Positions 57,809-64,000 of a DNA stretch of 64,000 nt are shown piece by piece (position 1 is the first letter of the stretch; every line of letters starts with the position of its first letter). The notes under the pieces were generated by a model. That model saw nothing but the letters and a program-made list of their open reading frames with translations. It had not been told where the DNA came from and did not search any database. The stretch spans positions 408 to 64,407 of the forward strand of contig JBIOHC010000013.1 of NCBI GenBank assembly GCA_044448685.1, given 5' to 3'. A program made the translations under genes and the position numbers. This DNA comes from Bacteroidia bacterium. GTDB taxonomy: Bacteria; Bacteroidota; Bacteroidia; Palsa-965.

Positions 57809-59053
57809 ATGAAAGACTTATTCGACAAGATCAGGGATAACCGGGGCCCGATCGGGATGCATGCGAAAGAATCTCACGGCTACTTTACTTTCCCTAAGCT
57901 GGAAGGAGATATTTCTCCCCGTATGATTTTCCGTGGAAGAGAAAGACTGAACTGGAGTTTGAATAACTATCTGGGTCTTGCCAATCACCCGGAGGTACGC
58001 AAGGCTGATGCCGAAGGTGCTGCCCGTTTCGGACTGGCTGCCCCGATGGGTGCCCGTATGATGTCAGGCAATTCGGATCTGCATGAGCAACTGGAAGCAG
58101 AACTTTCAGTCTATGTAAAAAAAGAAGAAACCATACTGTGTAATTACGGTTATCAGGCTATGGTATCGGCCATAGATTGCCTTGTCGACCGGCATGATGT
58201 GATCGTATACGATGCCGAAGCTCATGCCTGTATCCTCGATGGTGTAAGGCTGCATATGGGTAAGCGCTATGTATACAAGCACAATGATATAAGCGATTGC
58301 GAAAAGCAACTGGAACGTGCCACCAAACTGGCCGAATCTACAGGTGGCTGTATCCTGCTTATTACCGAAGGTGTTTTCGGTATGAGAGGTGATCAGGGCA
58401 AACTGAAAGAAATTGTTGAACTGAAAAAGAAATTCAAATTCCGTCTGTTTGTGGATGATGCACACGGTATCGGCACGATGGGCAAACACGGAGGAGGAAC
58501 AGGTGAAGAACAAGGGTGCCAGGACGGAATTGATATTTATTTCGGAACGTTTGCCAAATCCTTTGCGCTTATTGGTGGTTTTATTTCCAGTGATAAACAG
58601 ATCATTGAATACCTGCGTTACAATATGCGCTCCCAGATTTTTGCCAAATCCCTTCCCCTGCCCTGCGTTGTGGGTGCATTGAAAAGGCTTGAGCTGATGC
58701 GTAACCATCCCGAACTCAGGGAAAATCTCTGGAAAATTACCAATGCCATGCAGGATGGACTGCGTAAAGCCGGTTTTGAAATCGGGGTTACCAATTCACC
58801 GGTCACTCCTGTATTCATGAACGGCTCCATTCCTGAAGCGACAAATCTGATTTATGACCTGCGTGAGAATTTCAATATTTTCTGTTCCATGGTTGTTTAT
58901 CCGGTTGTTCCAAAGGGGATGATCATTCTCAGACTTATACCGACAGCAGTACATACCATGCAGGATGTGACCTACACCATCGATGCATTTAACCAGATTG
59001 TGGGCAAGCTGCGTTCCGGCCAGTATATGGCCGAAAAAATCGCCTCTTTCTAA
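57809..59053 (+). CDS. PLP-dependent alpha-oxoamine synthase (serine palmitoyltransferase / KBL / BioF family)
   Basis: LNWSLNNYLGLANHPEV, DDAHGIG, and PLP-lysine context GTFAKSF. The start at MKDLFDKIRDN (57809) is preferred. Confidence 0.85.
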   Translation: MKDLFDKIRDNRGPIGMHAKESHGYFTFPKLEGDISPRMIFRGRERLNWSLNNYLGLANHPEVRKADAEGAARFGLAAPMGARMMSGNSDLHEQLEAELSVYVKKEETILCNYGYQAMVSAIDCLVDRHDVIVYDAEAHACILDGVRLHMGKRYVYKHNDISDCEKQLERATKLAESTGGCILLITEGVFGMRGDQGKLKEIVELKKKFKFRLFVDDAHGIGTMGKHGGGTGEEQGCQDGIDIYFGTFAKSFALIGGFISSDKQIIEYLRYNMRSQIFAKSLPLPCVVGALKRLELMRNHPELRENLWKITNAMQDGLRKAGFEIGVTNSPVTPVFMNGSIPEATNLIYDLRENFNIFCSMVVYPVVPKGMIILRLIPTAVHTMQDVTYTIDAFNQIVGKLRSGQYMAEKIASF

Positions 59054-59056
59054 ACT

Positions 59057-60328
59057 ATGAATTTCGACGAACTCCAGTTACATCCTCTGCTGATTGAAGC
59101 CATCAGTTATGCGAATTATGTGAAAGCCACACCTATTCAGGAAATGAGCATTCCTATTATTCTGCAGGGCCGTGATCTGATAGGCTGTGCTCAAACCGGG
59201 ACCGGCAAAACAGCTGCTTTTGCCTTGCCGGTGATGAGCAAATTGCTGGAAAAGGAAGTGCACGGTACCCAGGCATTGATCATTGTTCCTACCCGTGAGC
59301 TGGCTATACAGATTGCTCAATGGATGGACGGACTATCCTATTTCACCAATATCAGCGCTATGGCTGTCTACGGCGGAGGGGATGGCATTTCGTTTGAACA
59401 GGAAAAAACGGCATTCACCAAGGGTGCCAATATTATTATTGCCACTCCGGGCCGGCTGCAAAGTCATATCAACCTGGGCTATGTCAATTTTTCAGGACTT
59501 AAATTCCTTATCCTCGATGAAGCCGACCGTATGCTGGATATGGGCTTTTTTGACGATATCATGCGGGTGATCAATATTGTTCCCAAAGAGCGTCAGACAC
59601 TCCTTTTCTCTGCCACCATGCCGGCCAAAATACGTCAGCTGGCAAGTAAAATCCTTCGTGATCCGGCAGAAGTAAGCATAGCCATTTCCAAACCTGCCGA
59701 AGGAGTTGTGCAGGGTGCTTATCTGGCCTATGATGCCCAAAAGGTGCCGCTTATCAAACAACTACTCGCCGGTAAGGAAGATGAACTCAAAAGTGTCATC
59801 ATCTTTGCTTCCCGTAAAGAGACCGTAAAGAGCCTCGAAAATGAACTCAAGAAACAAAGGCTGAAAGTACGCTCCATACACAGTGATCTGGAGCAAAGCG
59901 AACGGGAAGAAGTGATGCGTATGTTTAAAAGCCGTCAGATTCAGGCCCTTGTAGCCACTGATATTGTTTCCAGGGGAATTGACATTGACGATATAGGCCT
60001 GGTAATCAATTTTGACGTTCCCGGTGATGCGGAAGACTATATACACCGTATTGGACGTACAGCCCGTGCCGAATCAACCGGTGTGGCGCTTTCCTTTATC
60101 AATGATAAGGATACGGACAAGTTTATGCGCATAGAGCAATTCCTGGGCAAAACCGTTCAGAAAATACCACTTCCGGAAGGGATGGGAGAAGGCCCTGCCT
60201 ATGTTTCAAGGCCTAAAGGCAGCGGAGGAGGATTTCATCGTAAAGGCTCCGGCTCAGGAGGTCATAAAGGAGGAGGAGGTAAATCCGGTTTTCAACGTCG
60301 CAGCCCGAATAAGACCCAGGGGAGGTAA
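59057..60328 (+). CDS. DEAD-box ATP-dependent RNA helicase with Gly-rich basic tail
   Basis: Q-motif, AQTGTGKTAAF, DEAD, SAT, HRIGRTAR. Confidence 0.93.
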   Translation: MNFDELQLHPLLIEAISYANYVKATPIQEMSIPIILQGRDLIGCAQTGTGKTAAFALPVMSKLLEKEVHGTQALIIVPTRELAIQIAQWMDGLSYFTNISAMAVYGGGDGISFEQEKTAFTKGANIIIATPGRLQSHINLGYVNFSGLKFLILDEADRMLDMGFFDDIMRVINIVPKERQTLLFSATMPAKIRQLASKILRDPAEVSIAISKPAEGVVQGAYLAYDAQKVPLIKQLLAGKEDELKSVIIFASRKETVKSLENELKKQRLKVRSIHSDLEQSEREEVMRMFKSRQIQALVATDIVSRGIDIDDIGLVINFDVPGDAEDYIHRIGRTARAESTGVALSFINDKDTDKFMRIEQFLGKTVQKIPLPEGMGEGPAYVSRPKGSGGGFHRKGSGSGGHKGGGGKSGFQRRSPNKTQGR

Positions 60329-60445
60329 CCCATTGTCCGATCAGTTGACACAAATAACCCTTTTTTTACTAAAATAAGCCGACAGATTGGTTTATTCCTA
60401 TCTTTGCTGCAAAATAACCAACCAATTAAAAAACTCATTCGTAAA

Positions 60446-60895
60446 ATGAAAAAAATCATCAGCTTTTTCTTCGTTGCTTCCCTGGTAACTCTGGTTGCCT
60501 GCGGTGGTAAAAAATCAGACCTCGTTGCCGGCTCCTGGAAAATCGGAGATATGAGCATGCCCGACATGATGCCTAAAGATATTCCCGATTCTATCAAGAC
60601 TCAAATGGAAGCTCGTCAAAAAGCCATGGTGGATGAAATGAAAAAGACTGCTGTTTTTGATTTCAACAAAGACGGAAGCTATTCTTACAAAATGCTCGGT
60701 AAGGAAGTAAAAGGAAAATGGAAAATGGCTGATGACGATAAGAAAATCACCATGAAGGACGAAACACCTGATGCAAAAGACGCAAAAGAAATTGTTAGCG
60801 AAATTGTTGAACTTACCGCTACCAAATTTGTTATGTCAATGACTCAGGATGGTGGAAAAGATGGTGCAAAGTCTACCATTACACTGGTAAAGTAA
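60446..60895 (+). CDS. small lipoprotein, lipocalin-like
   Basis: MKKIISFFFVASLVTLVAC lipobox, GSWKI near the N-terminus, lysine-rich beta-type sequence. Confidence 0.6.
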   Translation: MKKIISFFFVASLVTLVACGGKKSDLVAGSWKIGDMSMPDMMPKDIPDSIKTQMEARQKAMVDEMKKTAVFDFNKDGSYSYKMLGKEVKGKWKMADDDKKITMKDETPDAKDAKEIVSEIVELTATKFVMSMTQDGGKDGAKSTITLVK

Positions 60896-60920
60896 TTATA
60901 CTCTATTTATAGATAAAAAA

Positions 60921-60946
60921 GCCCTGACGCAAGTCGGGGCTTTTTT
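60921..60946 (+). terminator. rho-independent terminator
   Basis: GCCCTGAC-GCAA-GTCGGGGC stem followed by TTTTTT. Confidence 0.8.
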
Positions 60947-60955
60947 ATTGGAATC

Positions 60956-61165
60956 CTGTCATTCTGAGTCGCCTTGGGGTGGCTTTGCGAGATGAACACG
61001 CTTTGTCATTCTGAGCGACCTTGGGGCAGCATCGTGGGAAGCAGACGCGAAGAATCTATCCGGGTTGTGCAAATAATTATTAAAATCACGAAACTCTTAT
61101 TCTAACTCCAATAGATTCTTCGGCACTGCTCACACACTTTACAACCCCAAGGTGCCTCAGAATGA
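60956..61165. repeat. REP/MITE-like composite: two direct partial copies plus one inverted copy of the GTCATTCYGAG...CGAAGAATCT element
   Basis: 60956-60983 and 61003-61059 lie on the plus strand, and 61111-61165 is inverted. The reverse complement of 61111-61165 closely matches 48273-48325. Confidence 0.7.
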
Positions 61166-61185
61166 AAAATTCCCCGAATAAACAC

Positions 61186-61216
61186 AAAAAGGCCTTCCAT
61201 GCCGGAAGACCTTTTT
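61186..61216 (-). terminator. hairpin terminator downstream of sucC
   Basis: Minus strand GGTCTTCCGG...GGAAGGCC stem with one mismatch, followed by TTTTTG. Confidence 0.65.
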
Positions 61217-61239
61217 GTTAGTTAACCTCTTTTCATTTA

Positions 61240-62448
61240 TTAAAGCACCTTCTTCACCAAGTCAGCTGCTTCCTGAAGTTGTATGGCAGAGAAAACTTTC
61301 AGTCCGCTTTCATCAATAATTTTCTTTGCTTCCACGGCATTGGTACCCTGCAGCCTTACGATAATAGGTACATGAATTGTACCCATGTTTTTATAGGCAT
61401 CCACAATACCCTGTGCTACCCTGTCGCAACGTACGATACCACCGAAAATATTGACCAGGATGGCTTTTACATGCTCATCTTTGAGGATGATACGGAAAGC
61501 CTGTTCAACCCTTGCGGCATTGGCTGTTCCTCCGACATCCAGGAAGTTGGCCGGATCACCTCCGGCAAGTTTAATGATGTCCATCGTAGCCATAGCCAGT
61601 CCGGCTCCGTTCACCATACAACCTACATTTCCATCCAGCTTGACATAATTCAGACTGTGTTTGCCGGCTTCCACTTCCGTAGGATCCTCTTCTGACTCAT
61701 CACGAAGGGCTGCATAATCCGGATGACGGAAAAGGGCATTATTATCCAGACTCACCTTTGCATCAACGGCAATGATTTTATTGTCGGATGTTTTCAAAAC
61801 CGGGTTGATTTCAAAAAGAGAAGCATCAATGCTATCATACGCCTTGTAAAGGGAAGAAATGAACTTCACCATGTTTTTCTGTGCTTCCCCTTCCAGACCC
61901 AGGTTAAATGCTATTTTACGGCATTGAAAACCCTGTAAGCCTACCTTCGGATCGACTTCCTCCTTAAAGATAAGATGAGGAGTCTTTTCAGCCACTTCTT
62001 CAATATTCATTCCGCCTTCGGTTGAATACATAATAATATTGCGGCCTTTGGCCCTGTTCAGCAATACGCTCACATAATACTCCTTCGTCGGGGTTTCTCC
62101 GGGATAATAAACATCCTGTGCAACGAGTACCTTTCGTACCAGCTTTCCTTTTTCACCGGTTTGAAGCGTTACAAGCGAATGTCCGAGGATATTGGCAGAA
62201 ATCTGTTTTACATCGTCAATGGATTTGGCAAGTGCCACACCTCTTTGTTCTGTACCAACGATTTTACCTTTACCACGGCCACCGGCATGAATCTGTGATT
62301 TGACAACAAACCATCCTGTGCCGGTTTTCTTTTGAAGTTCTTTTGCAGCTTCAACAGCTCCTTCGGCCGTGTCAGCAACCAAACCTTCCTGAATAGCTAC
62401 ACCGAACCCTTTCAGAATTTCTTTACCCTGGTATTCATGAATATTCAT
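61240..62448 (-). CDS. sucC: succinate-CoA ligase (ADP-forming) subunit beta
   Basis: MNIHEYQGKEILK N-terminus, ATP-grasp domain and CoA-ligase domain. Confidence 0.97.
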   Translation of the reverse strand: MNIHEYQGKEILKGFGVAIQEGLVADTAEGAVEAAKELQKKTGTGWFVVKSQIHAGGRGKGKIVGTEQRGVALAKSIDDVKQISANILGHSLVTLQTGEKGKLVRKVLVAQDVYYPGETPTKEYYVSVLLNRAKGRNIIMYSTEGGMNIEEVAEKTPHLIFKEEVDPKVGLQGFQCRKIAFNLGLEGEAQKNMVKFISSLYKAYDSIDASLFEINPVLKTSDNKIIAVDAKVSLDNNALFRHPDYAALRDESEEDPTEVEAGKHSLNYVKLDGNVGCMVNGAGLAMATMDIIKLAGGDPANFLDVGGTANAARVEQAFRIILKDEHVKAILVNIFGGIVRCDRVAQGIVDAYKNMGTIHVPIIVRLQGTNAVEAKKIIDESGLKVFSAIQLQEAADLVKKVL

Positions 62449-62534
62449 AATAAGTCTTTTTGATGATACGTAGAGTTCAAAAGTAAGAGATTGGCGGGAA
62501 TATGCAAAGTTAAATCGGGGTGAATAAGGAGTAA

Positions 62535-62834
62535 TTATTCCTCAATTTTTGCACTCAGACCCTGATCCAGCAAGGCCGAGCAAATCGGCACCAGTTTATC
62601 ATAATCTCCGTTCTTGACCGGGCAGCGCCCTACATGATGCACAATGATGGCACATTGTTCAGCCTGTTCAGGCTCATGATCGCAATACCGCATGAGTGAT
62701 TCAATGACATGGTCGAATGTATTCACGTCATCGTTATAAAGCATGATAAAGGGTGAGGGGGCTGCTTCCTCCTCGGTCCGGGTGATGACTTCCTGCTGCT
62801 TTTCAGGCCGGGTATGGAACAATGGATGGTCCAT
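62535..62834 (-). CDS. clpS: ATP-dependent Clp protease adaptor ClpS
   Basis: LYNDDVNTFDHVIESLMRYCDH and AEQCAIIVHHVGRCPVK are typical ClpS core sequence. Confidence 0.9.
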   Translation of the reverse strand: MDHPLFHTRPEKQQEVITRTEEEAAPSPFIMLYNDDVNTFDHVIESLMRYCDHEPEQAEQCAIIVHHVGRCPVKNGDYDKLVPICSALLDQGLSAKIEE

Positions 62835-62847
62835 TTTATTCGGGTGC

Positions 62848-64000
62848 TTAATGTGTACCCCTGGCTTCAGCTACGGAAATCTTTTTTCCGTCACGGTAAG
62901 CCAGGATAAATGCATCGGAAATACCTTTTGCTATGGCTTCTTCTCTTAAAAACTGTGCATCCTCATAATTCCGCACATGACCAACGGTGAATACTGTAAG
63001 GCTGTTTTCATCTTTGAAATTCTTCACCCCTCTTTTGGAAAGCAGCAGGAACTTATTGGCAATATCAAGCGGAACTTCTTCCCGGAAAGCTCCTATCTGT
63101 ACCTGATAGATGACTCCTGTATCACCTTTTGCCATTTCAATCTCTTTGTTATCAAAACGGCTGTAATCACCGGGAGCTGTTACAACAACATTCGAGGACG
63201 GAACAGGATTTCCTCCTGTGTTAGTGTGTACCGGTGTGACGACGGGAGTTTCAGTAGTATTACCCGTGTTTTCAACAGGAGGCAAGGCTGAAGGATTGAG
63301 CCTGGATGCTTCTTCAACACTCATGCGCTTTCCATTGTAATAAGCCACTACAAATGCATCCTTCACACCAAGGGCAACCATTTTGGCTTTGGCCTGGGCT
63401 GCTGCTGCCGGAGTGCTGTACTGACCGGTTGTATAACGAAGATTTCCGTTATTCATCTTTTCCATGTTCAGGGGTTGTATGCCATGGAGTTTTTCATTGC
63501 TTACCGGATTGGAATAGACCCCTACCTGGACCGTGTAAAACAATCCCTGAATGCCTGCCACATTGGTTGTTTTCGCAATTGCACCTGGGTTATCGGCCGA
63601 TACGGAAGGAAGTATATTGTCATGCTGAACAGAAGCCGGACTTGTATGCCTTGGCTCTGCATCTGTAGGATTTACCGGATTGACAGGATTCACAGCTACT
63701 GTTCCGGAAGGATTATCGGCCCTGTTGTTATTGTCTCTTACAATAGCTTCTCCGGTCACCATAGCCCTGGCGTCGTTGATCGGGATCCGTTTGCCGTTAT
63801 AAAAAGCCACCACAAAAGCATCATTAAAGCCCATAGCCCTGATCTCCCCTTTCGCTTTGTCAGCCTTTTCAAAATGGGTGAATACTCCTGCTGTATACCG
63901 ATAGAAGCCCTGTGGTGTAGTCTCCGCTGTCAATGGATTCAACCCTCTGAATTTTTCTCCTGAAATCTGATGACGGAAAGCACCTATCTGCACTTTGAAC
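62848..64000 (-). CDS. SPOR-domain repeat protein, N-terminus outside window
   Basis: Three SPOR-like units (KVQIGAFR..., YTVQVGVYS..., YQVQIGAFRE...) are separated by Pro/Thr/Asn-rich linkers. The frame is open to the window edge. Confidence 0.8.
   Translation of the reverse strand, partial: FKVQIGAFRHQISGEKFRGLNPLTAETTPQGFYRYTAGVFTHFEKADKAKGEIRAMGFNDAFVVAFYNGKRIPINDARAMVTGEAIVRDNNNRADNPSGTVAVNPVNPVNPTDAEPRHTSPASVQHDNILPSVSADNPGAIAKTTNVAGIQGLFYTVQVGVYSNPVSNEKLHGIQPLNMEKMNNGNLRYTTGQYSTPAAAAQAKAKMVALGVKDAFVVAYYNGKRMSVEEASRLNPSALPPVENTGNTTETPVVTPVHTNTGGNPVPSSNVVVTAPGDYSRFDNKEIEMAKGDTGVIYQVQIGAFREEVPLDIANKFLLLSKRGVKNFKDENSLTVFTVGHVRNYEDAQFLREEAIAKGISDAFILAYRDGKKISVAEARGTH

Overview
The window looks like a Bacteroidota chromosomal segment, and most of it is housekeeping genes. 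The phylum call rests on four things: a T9SS type-B C-terminal sorting domain, the rpmB/rpmG/DUF4295 set, bamD-rpoZ-coaBC-DUF4835 synteny, and TAnnTTTG-type promoters. Recognisable content: cinA; an SGNH-SGNH-MBOAT glycan O-acylation cluster; rpmB, pepP, rpmG, DUF4295, ftsY; a TPR-PP2C sensor phosphatase; rarA, surE, lpxB, SpoIID; a TPP-riboswitch-controlled thiS-C-D-E-G-H operon with nearby thiF and a tenI-like gene; a ~1760-aa protein made of 25 TPR-like ~60-aa repeats; RNase P RNA; a lolD-like ABC ATPase; ClC channel; ComEC; an Smr protein; a TlpA-like thioredoxin; clpC; gyrA; a ~1330-aa SprB-repeat T9SS adhesin; DUF4835, coaBC, rpoZ, bamD; an SPT/KBL-family alpha-oxoamine synthase; a DEAD-box helicase; sucC; clpS; and a multi-SPOR protein. 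The most unusual region is the ~1.5-kb gene-free gap at 48060-49570, where plus-strand genes from the left and minus-strand genes from the right converge. It contains three things. First, a 28-bp site whose XerD-side arm is 11/11 identical to E. coli dif, suggesting the replication terminus. Second, starting 25 bp away, a ~740-bp array of about 35 phase-locked degenerate 21-bp repeats; its right third becomes 42-bp units that each fold into a CCGGATC-stem hairpin. Third, a 128-bp direct duplication of a REP/MITE-like element that also occurs at two other loci in the window. I found no integrase, transposase, CRISPR-Cas, restriction-modification or toxin-antitoxin genes. All functional readings of the repeat array are inference and need whole-genome and experimental checks.
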